NCBI RefSeq assembly: GCF_002571385.2
Contig: NW_019217936.1
Location: 232,855-296,854 of the forward strand
DNA length: 64,000 nucleotides
Reading direction: 5' to 3'
Source of the DNA: Stylophora pistillata
Lineage: Eukaryota
Shown here piece by piece: positions 27,775 through 40,765 of the stretch (within the stretch, counting starts at the first letter, position 1; every line of letters begins with the position of its first letter). The notes beneath the pieces were generated by a model that saw nothing but the letters and a program-made list of their open reading frames with translations, did not search any database and was not told the DNA's origin. The translations under genes were made by a program, and so were the position numbers.

Positions 27775-28345
27775 GGTTACCGTGCACCTTCAGAGGTGTC
27801 TCGCGTGAAAGCGACTATATCAAATAAAAGCTTATAGGACTGGTATCAGACTATACCATGAATTGTCGAATTNNNNNNNNNNNNNNNNNNNNNNNNNNNN
27901 NNNNNNNNNNNNNNNNNNNNNNNNNNNNNNNNNNNNNNNNNNNNNNNNNNNNNTTTCTAAATACTTTTTTCAAGAGCGATTTTTGTACGATCACTCCACA
28001 TTTTTTTAATCCTATTTCAAAAATGTTCTGTAACTTTTCACTGAAATTGAATATAGCAAATCGTAGACACGTTTCTTTAGCGCTTTGGCCCCGGAAACGG
28101 AGGAACACATTAAATAAGCGAAGAACAAAATTCGCTTTAACATGTAACGTTCAAAAGGTGATTTGGGCGCTCGCATTTAAAAATCGTGAAAATTCGACAA
28201 TTACTTTTTTTCTCAAAAATTTTGGTATAGTCTAATAGCCAGTCCTATAAGCTTTAATTTGATATAGGGGTTTAGATATCTACAGTTTAAACCGGACGCG
28301 GTACATCGCTTGCACGCGAAACACCCCTGAAGGTGCACGGTAACC
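27775..28345. mobile_element. Non-autonomous TIR element, TTAA target duplication, GG..CC ends (Kolobok-like)
   Basis: ttaa|GGTTACCGTGCACCTTCAG..GTGT.TCGCGTG ... CACGCGAAACACCCCTGAAGGTGCACGGTAACC|ttaa, plus subterminal inverted repeats (aagcttataggactgg / ccagtcctataagctt). Contains an N gap. Confidence 0.85.
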
Positions 28346-29477
28346 TTAAGCTCTTACACAGTGAACCAAAATTTGCTCGTAAACAAAATTTTTGCTCAAT
28401 GGATCTCTTTACTCCAGCAATACGCTCAGAATGCAAAACTGTGCTCGAACGTCCCCAAATTAGAGCCTTTCGGCACTAGCAAAAAAGTTGTTTATTTCGA
28501 CAAATTTTCCGTCATCACCAACAATTTGAAAGTGTGGATGCCGGATTGTCGCGACTTGACAAATGTTGGCCGAAGCGGACAAACCTTCAAACGCACCGCC
28601 GACAAAAATTTATTTGTCCTGTAAAATCGGGACAAATTCGACTATATTAACAACATAGGCATGCTACGCATGTAGGAGTAATTTTTTCGGATGAGTGAGT
28701 TGAAAATGGACACTTAATAACTGATGTTTGCATTTTTGTAAAAGAAAAAGAGCATCTGCTTTCAAAAGATATCAGTGGAATAAAAGTTCAGACACACGTA
28801 TTTTATGATCTATAACCACTGATGTCTGAATAGTTTTAAGCAAAAAAACTGCATTAGTGGCACGCTTCCTGCAATCGCCTTCACAGACAAGACCAAATAA
28901 CGGCCTGCTCGCAGGCAAAGACAATGCATACTGCAGTTCCTTCGTCAGTGACAAAATCAAATTCATTCAGTTACAGCTACTTGCCTCAAAAATATTCTTC
29001 TACATAATATTGCAGTAACAAGCAAATTGAAATTATATTCTTTTATCTCCAATAGCCTCTAACCAAAAACAACTTTCGGCATTGAGCTCCCTTCTTGGAC
29101 TACAATGTATTGGACGAAGTATCATATTTCAATGAAATTCATGTGGGCATAGCAACGTGGGCTCCTAATTCGGCAGTTGTCTATCTGAACTTTGCCCGAT
29201 GCGTGTGAAATACGTGATAAAATGTAGGTTTTTTTACAGGGAATTTACGTTATGGGGTGAAGTTCAAGGTAGCTAAAAGCGAATTTGATTGGTAGAAAAC
29301 GTCTAAGCACGTGAAAATTTCGTGAAAAATTGACCAACAGTCGTATTATGTTCCATGTGAAATTTCTTTCAGTGAGGTAGGATTATGTCATAAAATCAGC
29401 ATTGTTTACTGGAAAATGGGATTTCATCTGAGAAAGTCTAGTCCATAGTGATGAGTAAAGTAAACTTTAAACAGAAT

Positions 29478-30951
29478 AGATCGTTTTCACTCACGGGACT
29501 AATTGCTTAGCAACGGTCGCTATGCCGCCATATTGGTGGACCAAAATTGTAAACAAATCGAGTCGCGCGTCTACAGTAAGAATGGTTTTCTGCTGGACAG
29601 TCGATTGTGGAAGCAAAAGCAGTCCGGGTATTGGTCTTACTTTTTGTCGAGTACCATCCATTGTAACAAATCAAGGAGAAGAGGCGGAGAACTTGTCTCG
29701 CGAAAGGCGTTCACGCTGGATTTCTGCCATCAGTCGAGCAGATGCAACACAAAAGATTCTTGAGAACGATCGAGTATGTGGCCGTCATTTTGTCTCAGAA
29801 AAAGCAGCGGCTAGTTGGGACAAATACAACGTAGACTGAGTTCCGATGTTAAAGCTGGGTCATAACGAGAACTTACAACAAAAAAATCTCGAGAAAGCGT
29901 CCGAAAGGGACCGGAGAGCTAACGAGAAAGAAAGGAAACGGAAGAAGCAACTCGAGAGAGAACGAGTACTGGCAGAGGAAGCCGCAGCGAAGAAACTGAA
30001 GTTGAATGAAGAGGGTCAGCAAGTTTCTGATGTCTGTTTTGTCGAAGAACCTCCGAAGTGTGTGGATTCCAGCGTTCAAACAGAAGAGTTTGACTACCTT
30101 GTTGCTTCAGACCCATCGCACACGCAGCGGACTCTTAGTGAGGATGAATTTCGAAAATATGACGACAAGGAAGTAAAATGTTACACTGGATTACCTTCGT
30201 TCGATATCCTTAACATTGTTTTTCATTGTATTCTTCCCTTTGTTACTCGTAAGTCCCGACTTTTGTCTCCTTTTCAAGAGTTTATTATATCATTGATGAA
30301 GCTCTAACTAAATATGCTGTTTGAAGATCTGGCGTACAGATTTAGCATCTCTGTGTCAACTGTGTCGAGATCTTCAGCCATCTCTGACAGGCTGTCTAAG
30401 AGTGCATCTAGATCTGCTTTCATTTTCTTCGCAGAGGTAAAGTTAATGTCACGAACACGTGCATACACGACTTATCTTACATACGAGGGAAGAATCCACA
30501 AACACTTAAGTTGTGTGCACGATAATTTTCCGTTCAGTTTTGTCCTTGCCTCAACGAAGTATAAAACACAGGCAACCTGCGAGCACGACTCTCCGAGACC
30601 GGCCTTACACCCACAGCAGTGGGCAGACAAAATCGTTTCCGACTTTTCGGTAATGATCCAGATAGAAATCAAGTCTTCTTTCATTCTTTGCAAACGCCTT
30701 ACGTTCGCTAAAACGATAGATTTATTGTTGCTGTGGACCTGTACGCTTGAAATGAGCCCCGATACCATTTGATTGTATGCTTGAAGGCTTCGAAAGGCTT
30801 TAAATTGTTGTTTACTGTAAAAGCTAGTCTCCAGCACAAGGTAAAACAGCAGGTTCGTCGATTCCACCGGAGGTAGACAATCAGGCTCGAAGTTCTTGCC
30901 CTCCATCAAGACTGAGTCGATTCCAATCGCAGATATTTTCTCAAGATAACG
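29478..30951. mobile_element. ISL2EU (Harbinger/ISL2 group) DNA transposon remnant, internally deleted
   Basis: Left end at|AGATCGTTTTCACTCACG. Plus strand: THAP finger ([27 protein letters not shown]) and HTH ([32 protein letters not shown]) with in-frame stops. Minus strand: second gene with SWIM-type finger (AHCCGCKAGLGESCSQVACVLY..SCTQLKCLWILP), typical of the YqaJ-nuclease partner. Truncated at the N at 30952. Confidence 0.8.
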
Positions 30952-30952
30952 N

Positions 30953-31813
30953 TTGCCGCATTAGGGTATGTATCACGCACCAATCAGATTGCCGCATTTG
31001 AGTATATACCTCGTACCAATCAGATTGCCGTATGAGGGTATGTATCTCGCACCAATCAGATCACAGTACCGGGGAATGTTTATACCAATCAGAGCGCTAG
31101 AATTTCGCCCCTCGTGCCAATCATGTCATTAAATTATCACGATATCACGACACGTTGCGGTGGAATCATCCCAATATTGACACACATCAAGAATGACATT
31201 AACAAGAATTGTGAATTCATCTACCCAGTGTAATGGTTCTTGTGTAAAGGCTGATAGTTTCGAAAGAAACTGTTTGGGGCTGCGTCGGTGGGAGTAACGA
31301 AATAATTTGGATATATCAACAAAGTTGAAGTGGTAAATTGGCCACCGTAACGATTAGAAAAGCTGACGTTTCGAGCGTGAAGGGCTAACGCTCGAAACGT
31401 CAGCTTTTGTAATCGTTACGGTGGCCAATTTACCACTTCAACTTCGTTGATATATCCAAATTATTTCGTTACTCCCACCGACGCAGCCCCAAACAGTTTC
31501 TTTCGAAACTATCAGCCTTTACACAAGAACCATTACACTGGGTAGATGAATTCACAATTCTTGTTAATGTCATTCTTGATGTGTGTCAATATTGGGATGA
31601 TTCCACCGCAACGTGTCGTGATATCGTGATAATTTAATGACATGATTGGCACGAGGGGCGAAATTCTAGCGCTCTGATTGGTATAAACCTTCCCCGGTAC
31701 TGTGATCTGATTGGTGCGAGATACATACCCTCATACGGCAATCTGATTGGTACGAGGTATATACTCAAATGCGGCAATCTGATTGGTGCGTGATACATAC
31801 CCTAATGCGGCAA
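30953..31813. repeat. 861-bp near-perfect palindrome centred on a Penelope pLTR; includes ~33-bp CCAATCAG minisatellite
   Basis: Arms 30953-31378 and 31388-31813 (426 bp each) with a 9-nt spacer; three mismatches seen. Confidence 0.92.
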
Positions 31814-32463
31814 TCTGACTGGTACCTGATACATACCCCTTATGCGGCAAACTGATTGGTACATACCCAAATGCGGCAATTTTATCGGCATGTAAAAAAT
31901 CTCGGGGATTTTACTGAAACCTTATAAAATGCATTAGGTTGAATCCTAGAAATTGGAGTTGGAATCCTTTGGCTAACAATGCCAGCAGACCATGATCAGG
32001 CACTGACGGAATTTGAAAGCTCTGAAATATTTAGTGCGGAAGCAACAGAAGAAAAAAAATACACTTGTCATGAAAACGTTTGTCCTTACATTCTGTCGGG
32101 ACAATTTTAGTTTTGTCTGCTACTGTGGAAAGGACCCTTAGACTATGAATCAGGGCAGGACACGTGTTTTTACACCCTTGAAGAGACTTTAGACGAGTCA
32201 GGGAGAGGTTTGCTGGAAGTCTCGCACTAATACTTTTAAGTGCCAGACCCCTAGAAGACCTTTGGCCGGCTCGTGTTGCTCAAAGCTTCATATTTCCCAC
32301 GGATGTAGAAACCATCGTGGCTAAACACTGATAGTGAAGGTCTGCTTGCAGGTTATCCCCATATAGAAAACAGAAGGCTCTTCTCATGACCAAGCGAACT
32401 GATCCATGAGAAAACTTAATACTTAACTTGCCCTTGAGCGACCCGATTATGCAAAGCTAGAAT

Positions 32464-33478
32464 AGAGCGTTTTCACTCACGTGACCAAATTTCTTTATCG
32501 TCATGGTAACCGACTTCATCCGCCATGTTGGTGTTCTATGATAATCAGCTGTGAGTATTGTGAAAGGAAACATTTGGAGCACATTTTACGGTTTTGAGAA
32601 GACAATAGTGTAATATTTATATTTTCGTTATCACGGTCCTTTGCCTTGTCATTAGCTGTGGGAACAAAACAGGGAAGAAGTGGTCTAACGTCGGAAAAGT
32701 AATGTTTTTTCGTGTCCCACGTGTTCAGTATAGCCAAGGAGAGTACANNNNNNNNNNNNNNNNNNNNNNNNNNNNNNNNNNNNNNNNNNNNNNNNNNNNN
32801 NNNNNNNNNNNNNNNNNNNNNNNNNNNNNNNNNNNNNNNNNNNNNNNNNNNNNNNNNNNNNNNNNNNNNNNNNNNNNNNNNNNNNNNNNNNNNNNNNNNN
32901 NNNNNNNNNNNNNNNNNNNNNNNNNNNNNNNNNNNNNNNNNNNNNNNNNNNNNNNNNNNNNNNNNNNNNNNNNNNNNNNNNNNNNNNNNNNNNNNNNNNN
33001 NNNNNNNNNNNNNNNNNNNNNNNNNNNNNNNNNNNNNNNNNNNNNNNNNNNNNNNNNNNNNNNNNNNNNNNNNNNNNNNNNNNNNNNNNNNNNNNNNNNN
33101 NNNNNNNNNNNNNNNNNNNNNNNNNNNNNNNNNNCATAAGTTTCAATAGCAACACTTTCATGTTTACAGCCATGTTCTGTAGACTTCTATACGCCTTAAA
33201 ATAGTCCTTACTGTAATAACTCGTGTCAAGCACCAAAAACAACAATAAATCCATCGATTCGACCAGAGGCAGGCACTCTGGATCGTATTTTTTGTCTGAT
33301 AACAAGAGAGGATCGATTCCAACACAAGAAATCTTCTCTAAATAACATTTTCTCACGTGGGGATCGAGTGTGTTCGCATAATCTGAGAGAGGATATCCCG
33401 CCATGTTGAAAAATGTGGAACACCAACATGGCGACTCAACTTTCCCGCGAAATTTGTGACGTCATGACCAAACGCTCT
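32464..33478. mobile_element. Second ISL2EU-type element with both ends and AT target duplication
   Basis: at|AGAGCGTTTTCACTCACGTGAC ... GTCATGACCAAACGCTCT|at. The minus-strand ORF start MAGYPLSDYANTLDPHVRKCYLEKISCVGIDP..LPLVESMDLL.FLVLDTSYYSKDYFKAYRSL is homologous to 30951-30770. Internal N gap. Confidence 0.8.
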
Positions 33479-35690
33479 ATTCCTGGAGGTTCCCGCGAAA
33501 ACGATTTGGCCATGAAAAGAAAAGAATTCTGCTTGACTCATGTAAGGGTCCGTTGCACATGTGAAAGTTTTGTATAAATATAGGAATCAGACAACGTTGC
33601 TTAAGACTCTAGCTGGATATCATTATCCAATTTGAAACGAAGACATGTTTATGCGTCCATAAAGTTTAGCCCTGTAGTCATGCCGAAATGAAATCCATTT
33701 CCGAGAAAAAATTGCTTGGATATTAAATAAGATATCACTACCAACATTTCTGCTGCTTAGTCCACAGAAACTAAAGATATCAATCCATCTACTAACTTGC
33801 AATTTCCGCTGTCACATTGTAGCTTGATTAGCAAGCGGTTTCGTGCGTGTTCAGTGGTTCCCCATATCCACAGTGGAGAAATTTTCTCTCGTACGGCTCC
33901 GCCGCTCATTCTGTACGGCAATCAAAACACCCTTGAACCACCCATGAAATTGATAAGCGTCTCATTCAACGCCTTCGAACATCGCAAAGTTCATCTGTGA
34001 GGTGTTTGATATCATCATACTTGTATTGACCTTTGTATAATTTATCTTGTAACACTAGACTATTTCGACCTGTTGATATTTTCACTTGATGCTCTTGACT
34101 TCGATTCACTGGCGTACTTCACAGAAAGGAATACAAAGATACAGTTCCAGCATGACAGTTCCAGCACGAATTTGATCGGAGGTTTGGGTTAAAAACGATT
34201 CCGCGTCACACTTGATAAGTGACCCAGCTTCAGCAACCCGAAATAGAGGAAAACATGAAGAAAAAGGCCATTATCAATTGCGACACAAATTAGAACCCTT
34301 CTCCAGAAAAGGATGCACTAAAAAATGATTTTATCACAGTTTCTGTGATACTACTGAAATAAACAGCATGCTCACCGCATTAGATAAACAATGCAATATG
34401 AAACCAGTGCAATGAAATCCATTTTCTTGAAACACTTGGTGTTAATATGATACCTCGAAAGATAAACCCTTACTTAAATTTCATTCGAGTATAGTTAATG
34501 AACGTATTACGTCGAGGGCGAATCTCACATGACGTGAATCACGCGGATATTTTAATTTATTTTGGCTTTTGAATCGCGAAACGCCCCCTGAGAGTTGCGA
34601 TAAAATTACAAGCAGCAACTCCAACCGACAGAATTTAAGCAAAAAGCAGTTCTTCAAAGAATAAATAAATGTTGTAATGGATACTTCGAAGGAATTAATA
34701 ACTGCCCATCTCAATTTGATTTTCCGACTGATCGCCCTTCATTCTGCATTTCTCTCCAATTCCTACCATAATGAGCTGATCCCTGAAAGTCTTTTGGAAG
34801 GGTACAAAGTGCCCACAACATATTTTGTTTTTATTCTTGAGACAAAAGTAGCTGTAGATATAATATTCCCAGGCTTCGACAGATGCCTACATGAAGATTT
34901 ATAGTTAGGGTGCCATCAGCGATTACCAACCAGTATATATCCATTGCACTTACCGTGTAAGGTTGCACTTCTTGTAGGTTATCACTAGAATTAGTGTCCC
35001 AACAAAACAATCCTTGTTTTTCAGCCGCCAAAATGTCGAACCACACCATGTAACGCCCACGTGCAGCCGGCATTCGCTGTTACTTTTTCGAGAACCGTTT
35101 AGACGAGTTTCGAGGCGCCTTCACTGTAATTCGAAACCGCGAGAATATTGTTTACAAGTTACGGTTTCCTTTGATTTAATTGGAGACAAATGTAAAGATC
35201 TACATACGCCTATCAATACCTGAACATGTTTAGTATTTGGTTACAAAGCTAAAGTAGTGATAGACACATATCTGTGGGAGACAAAACCTTCACTCCTTCT
35301 TTTGTTGAATGTATTTATTTTGGTTTGAAATGAACTTTCAGCACCTGAATTTTGATACACTTTGCATCTTGAAAATCGAAGGGATCGCATTACTTATTGA
35401 TAAATTACTCTTTGTTCAGAAGTGTCAACAAGTTAAAAATACAATAGATGCGTGGCTGCCAACCCAGTAGCTCATAGAACTTTAGTTGTCACCGTCATCT
35501 GGCCAGCAGACTTAATTTGTACAAAGGTGTCATGAAACTAAGTAATTTGAGAATGAAAATAAATTACAAATGAACCTTCCCACCTCTTTTTTTTCCTTTA
35601 ACCACACTGTCTTGAACTCTGTAAAGGCTGCTTTTATTACTGCTGGTTAACCTTAACCCCCATACTACCCCATTTCGTGGTTATAATTGT

Positions 35691-36862
35691 GGCTCTCTTT
35701 AAAATAGAGAACGGGGAACGGGAAACGAAAAAATAAACAGTGGGGAACGGGAATCGAGGAACGGGGAATTGAAAATGAAGAATCGTTAAAAACGGGAATC
35801 TTTAAAATGGGGAATCTTTAAAAGCGGAAATCTTCAAAACAGTAAATCTTTAAAAGCGGAAATCTTTTAAAGTGGGAGCCTTTAAAAGCGGGAATCTTTA
35901 AAACGTGGAATCTTTTAAAGCGTGAAATTAAATCGACCGAATCTATAAGCGGTCTGTGGAAAAGCTGGTTTTTGTCTCATAATTTTACGCAAGTGAATTC
36001 AGAAAAGTTCGCGACTGTTGACAGTAGTAAAACTACGCGACAGTGGAAATCCAGCCTACCGGTTTGATCGACGTGAAAATTTTGTTTTTGGCGTATGGCA
36101 GTGGCACTCGACATTTAGGTTTTCGTCAGTCTCAGAATGGTAAGTCAGTCATCGGCACTATTTTGCAATTGAATAGTCTGATCTACAGCGTTTTTCGTTA
36201 TCGACCTGAGGCATTCCTTTTTGGGAAACCGGTGGAAGGGAAAAAGAACGCCTGATACAATCACTACACGAGTCTTCTGCCCGTCATGATTCCAGAATTT
36301 GGCATTTAGTCTGAGTAATATTGTTCGTAAAACATTGACGGATTAAACAAAGACATTTCAAACTGCTATTTCCTTCTCTAGAAAGTAAACATGTACCATG
36401 CCCCTTTTAAAGAATGCCCCTTTTAAAGATTCCCCATTTTAAAGATTCCCAATTACCCCATTCTCAGTAGTCCAGAACTGATTCGATATTTTGTTTCATT
36501 GGCCGTAAAACATTGACGGATTAAACAAAGACACTTCAGATTGCTATTATCTTTCTCTAGAAAGTAAACATGTACAATGCCTCTTGAAAGAATGTTCTTT
36601 TTAAAGATTCCCCATTTTAAAGATTCCCAATTACCCCGCTAATCAGGCCCGTAGTCCAGAACTAATATGCCATTTTGTTTCATTGGTCGTAAAACATTGA
36701 CGAATTAAACAAAGACATTTCAAATCGCTATTCCCCTTCTCTAGAAAGTAAACACGTTTATTGTCCCTTTTAAAGATTCACCATTTTAAAGATTCCCAAT
36801 TTACCAATTACCCGTCCCCGTTCCTCATTCCCCGTTCCTTATTTTCTAATTTAACGATAGCC
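35691..36862. mobile_element. Foldback-like non-autonomous element with modular inverted ends and internal ~180-bp tandem repeats
   Basis: Ends ggctctctttaaaatagagaacggggaac.. / ..gttcctcattccccgttccttattttctaatttaacgatagcc. Left (ggaatctttaaaa)n is mirrored by right (ttttaaagattcc)n. Three copies of cgtaaaacattgacg.attaaacaaagaca..tctagaaagtaaaca at ~36326, 36504, 36688. Confidence 0.7.
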
Positions 36863-38043
36863 GCTTCATTATACATGAATAAAGGGTTTGTCCATCCATC
36901 TAGACACACTCAATGATATCGCAGAATGTGGGACAAAACGCTCAAGCGGATGACCCCTATCAGCTGTTTTTTTCGGAAATTATTTGTCTTATTCCCAAAG
37001 CGAAAGTTGTTCACACCATAATACCTTGCGTGTTTTATTTCATCGACAGTTTCGATGTGAATACTTTTCTTTCATTGATATAGTCTGATTTCGTTACGAA
37101 TTGATGTTGTAATGTACATAATAATATTTGTTTTTGTTGAGCAGAAGTCACATGCGGCGTATAATTAACTCCCACATGGGTATTACGGCCTAGGCCTCTT
37201 TTCCGTTTCTGTCTTAACGATGGTCGCATGTGATCATGTAACGCGTCCAATAAAAGTTAAGTAAGAAGTTAAGGTTACTTCCCAAAAAATCATTTTTCCT
37301 TTCATTTGACTAATTTAAAGTCAAACATTTTACCTAACGTTTATGTCCCAAACTTACCAGCAGTGGCAAAGACGGTACGATGGTTCCTGTTATCAACTTC
37401 GCCCTGCTCTAAACTTCCCCCTCTAAAAACAACGTTAACTGCAATTCTGTATTGCTTCCCTCTGTAAAAAGTCATTTTTTTCACTCACCAGAAATATATC
37501 TTTAGTACTTACCTAACTTTCAAGATGGAATTCCCTGATCTTTCGTATGTGCTGTAAAAATCAGCATGATCTGCTCTCCATCTGTCAAGCGATTTTAGAC
37601 CCCGTCTTCATTGCAGCTCTCTAATTATTCTCTTATTCCCCTCCTAGCCTGTTCCATGTAACCTAAGTGTGACGCAAAACCAATCAAGCTCCTTTACTAA
37701 GTGATTTGAGCCAACAGTATTTCCGTATTTAGCCGATTGGATAGTGTACTGTTGGGGCTGGATGGCAAGTTAAACACGCTTGATTTCACGAAAACACAAC
37801 CCACTTTATTTTACTTTACCGCACAAGTTTTCCAAGATGGTTGCCTACTCTCAACCCACAATGCCTTGCGCTTAACTAGACATCACAGATAGTATCCTGT
37901 TCAAGAAGTTAAACTCCTTTGAATGCGTTTTCAAAAGCCCTCAAATGATTTTCTCACTGATTTTAAAACTGATGTTTACTTAAATTTTTGTCAATTGAAT
38001 TCAATAGTTAGAAATAGGAAATTAATTTCACCTCTTAAGAGGC

Positions 38044-38805
38044 CTGCGCTAATGAATCCAGACCGGCATACACAAAGGAAACCTTCATCATGGTTGAATC
38101 TAGCTTGACAAGTGCCATTGTTTAAACATATCTGCCGCGGCTGTAGGGATTCTGTTGATAATACATTGAATAAAAACTTAGTGAACATTTAACTCAAAAG
38201 AAGAATTATAAGACAACCCTAGCGACGGAACTGCCGAGCTCATTTCCGTCTGTCAGGTCTTACTAAAATGTGAAACATTACCTCGATTCCAAGGTAAATG
38301 TAGTCTCTTTATTCCCATTAATCGACATACAGTTAGGCTCCACATAACGCATCACACTGCAGCTCCCTTCATTAGGCACTTCTACTCTCCTGATCCCGTG
38401 ATTTTTCATTGCCTTGTTTGGTATTGGAGAAAGAATTCGAGCTCAAACTGTTATGTTAAAAAAATTGGGGTGGGTCATTATGTTTAAGTCCTTACTAAAT
38501 GATTAGATACATTTTTGTGTTCGTGAATGCGAATAAAGATCACTTTTGGCAGGTGTGCGGCTTAATTTCATTTTTCGACTTTGTTTAAATGGTCACTAGT
38601 GATATTTTCGGTGTGTCCTCTTGTATCGAACTGATTACAGATCCATGTAAGGTCAAGGTTATCAAATTGTAACGGCATGAAGAAACAAGATATTAAGAAT
38701 TTTTCCTCACAGCACTACATGTTGCACTTACCAAATGCAACTAACAGAACTGGTGAAAAAATAATCATAAGTTAAAATGTAGATGATTGCAAAGGTAGCT
38801 GCCAT
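38044..38805 (-). pseudogene. Decayed secreted PAN/apple-like + EGF domain gene
   Basis: Signal-peptide-like exon 38805-38732 (frameshifted). Exon 38447-38282 PIPNKAMKNHGIRRVEVPNEGSCSVMRYVEPNCMSIN..[deletion/frameshift]..DYIYLGIE|GT. Exon from 38151 NPYSRG[frameshift]ICLNNGTCQARF..GFLCVCRSGF. Cys losses and frameshifts; family assignment from remembered cnidarian PAN-EGF proteins. Confidence 0.65.
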
Positions 38806-39289
38806 CAAAATGTTTGGATCGTCAAACTGTGATAAGTCTTACCCCTTTAATACGTCATAAGATGATGATTTCATGAATTAGCATATAAATCAATTTTCGA
38901 TTAAACAACTAGAGAACCCTCCCTCTCCTCCCCCCATCCCCCCCCCTCCGTGCGTGAAGTGCTACTGATAACATCCTTGTTTAATTTATATAGTTTATCT
39001 AAGTCATTTTTAAAGCTGACATCAGTTGGAGAAACGTTTATGGTCTGTGGACCCAACTATCATCCGGGATCATTGCAGCAGGGGGATTTTTTGGTGTAGA
39101 CGATTTTTTATATTCTCCAATCTCATGCAATCTTCAAACACTCTTAGTCAGGTTCTAACAAAGCTGCAAAAAGCTGGCTGTGGACAAAAACAAAGAAATT
39201 AGGAGGAACGCATTTATAAAATTAAGATCAAACGAATCGACGGATAACAAGGGGTGTACCAGAACTTCTGGTACACTCCTTGTTATCCG

Positions 39290-39995
39290 AAATATAAATG
39301 CAATCCTTGCACCATCTCTCATGGCTGTGAGCAAAGAATTGGCCTTGATTCCATAATGAACTGACAGGCACTGATTAAGCACTTGTGCAAGATCATCGTC
39401 ATTTACTGATTTGGAACATATATCAATTCTGACAAGACGTTGAATAATCGACCAATTATCGTCAAGGAAACGCACGATGACAGCAATTGCTTCTCCTTGT
39501 CGTGTACTTCCATCAGAAATCATCGAAACATTTCTTTTCCGTGCCAGTCTGACCAGGCAAAGTCAATTCAGTTTTGATACTTTCGAATTCCTGCTCGAAA
39601 AAAATTGATATATACTGACCAAGATGAGCACTTGCTGTGAGACGTTGGCCATTCTTCTCTAAGAGGGACCGTAGCATGTCGGTTTTCCTAATTGGGATGC
39701 CAGCCATCAGAAACTCTTCGACCACTTCGAGTCGGTAGGCCCGTTCAGTTATGGGTAGAGTGCTGTCTTTCTACGTCCTGACCCCCGCTCTAAAAAAGCC
39801 TCCATAATCGTCTCATCCTTCAGCTTAGACTTCTTCAGTTTCTCTTTACCATCTCCATGTTTCTTTGAAGCCAAGTGTGCAATTACAATACTCTTCTTTG
39901 CAGATACTATTTCGCGGCATGCCAGCCAAAACAACTTCCCGTCTTTGATTGATAGTTCTTCTCCTGGAAATTACTGAATCCGATCATGTATGCTT
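39290..39995 (-). mobile_element. hAT-like DNA transposase remnant (Zn finger + first catalytic Asp region), frameshifted
   Basis: KDGKLFWLACREIVSAKKSIVIAHLASKKH, VVEEFLMAGIPIRKTDMLRSLLE and SDGSTRQGEAIAVIVRFLDDNWSIIQRLV are spread over three frames. Confidence 0.7.
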
Positions 39996-40000
39996 ATGCA

Positions 40001-40765
40001 GTAAATAGTTTGAACCCGGGGGTAACATGTGAAGGTGTAGTCTGATCGTCCGGGTGAGTGTAGTCCTGAGAAGGACTGTTGTCGGTGGTAGTGACTGACG
40101 TTTTGACAACCTGTGTGGAAGTCATCATCAGAGTCAAGTGAATGATTGTTGTCAGTAGAATGTTCTTATTCCAGTTCGTGTGAAATGATCGGTTGGTTTT
40201 CCCGTGATGTTATTGGCTGTAAGACTCAAGTGACGTAAGTCGGTCGTGATTGGTCTGTTTCGATCTGTCGGTAAAGTTAGGTCGTTCTTTTTCGGTCGTT
40301 TGTGATGTTTATGTCGTGAATGAGTCGTTTGTATGGGGCGGGTAGTTGTTTACATCTGTTTAGGGGAGTCTGTTCTAAGTTAGTAAACCAGCTTTCCAGA
40401 GTCAGTCGTTGAAAATAGTCAGTGCTGTACGTTAGGCATTGCGCAGAGTCCCAGTCAATGTTGTGGTTGGTAAGTCGATGGTGTTCAGCAATGTGATTGC
40501 TGACATCACCTTTCCTCGTCGCCCGTCTGTGTTCAGTCAGTCTTGTTGTGAGGTTTCTGCCAGTCTCACCGATGTAGGAGGCTTGGCAGTCGGAACAATT
40601 GATCTTATAAATCGTTCCCTGTCTGTTCATCGGTTCGTCTTTGTCTTTAACGTTGGTTAGTAACTGACGTAGTGTGGTGATGGGTTTGTGGGCGACGCGG
40701 ATATTGAAGGGTAGTAAGATGCGCGAGATCTTTTCAGACATGCCTTTTATGTAAGGGCAAAATGT
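40001..40765 (-). mobile_element. 5'-truncated Penelope-like retroelement (GIY-YIG endonuclease + 3' pLTR)
   Basis: PYIKGMSEKISRIL..GTIYKINCSDCQASYIGETGRNLTTRLTEH..HIAEH..RLTLESW..LNR, followed by a non-coding tail containing a hammerhead-like core. Confidence 0.92.
40093..40133 (-). ncRNA. Degenerate minimal type-I hammerhead ribozyme motif in Penelope pLTR
   Basis: Minus strand CTGATGA-TGAC..GTC-AAAAC-GTC-AG; the GAAA box is mutated to AAAA. Confidence 0.5.

Noticed and set aside
30314-30772. 152-aa plus-strand ORF
   Set aside because: Chimera of the transposase HTH end and the antisense of the SWIM gene.
32702-33149. ORFs consisting mostly of X
   Set aside because: Assembly gap artefacts.
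33797-35073. Short ORFs and a GTAAGT donor suggesting a minus-strand gene
   Set aside because: No consistent frame, domain or exon chain found.
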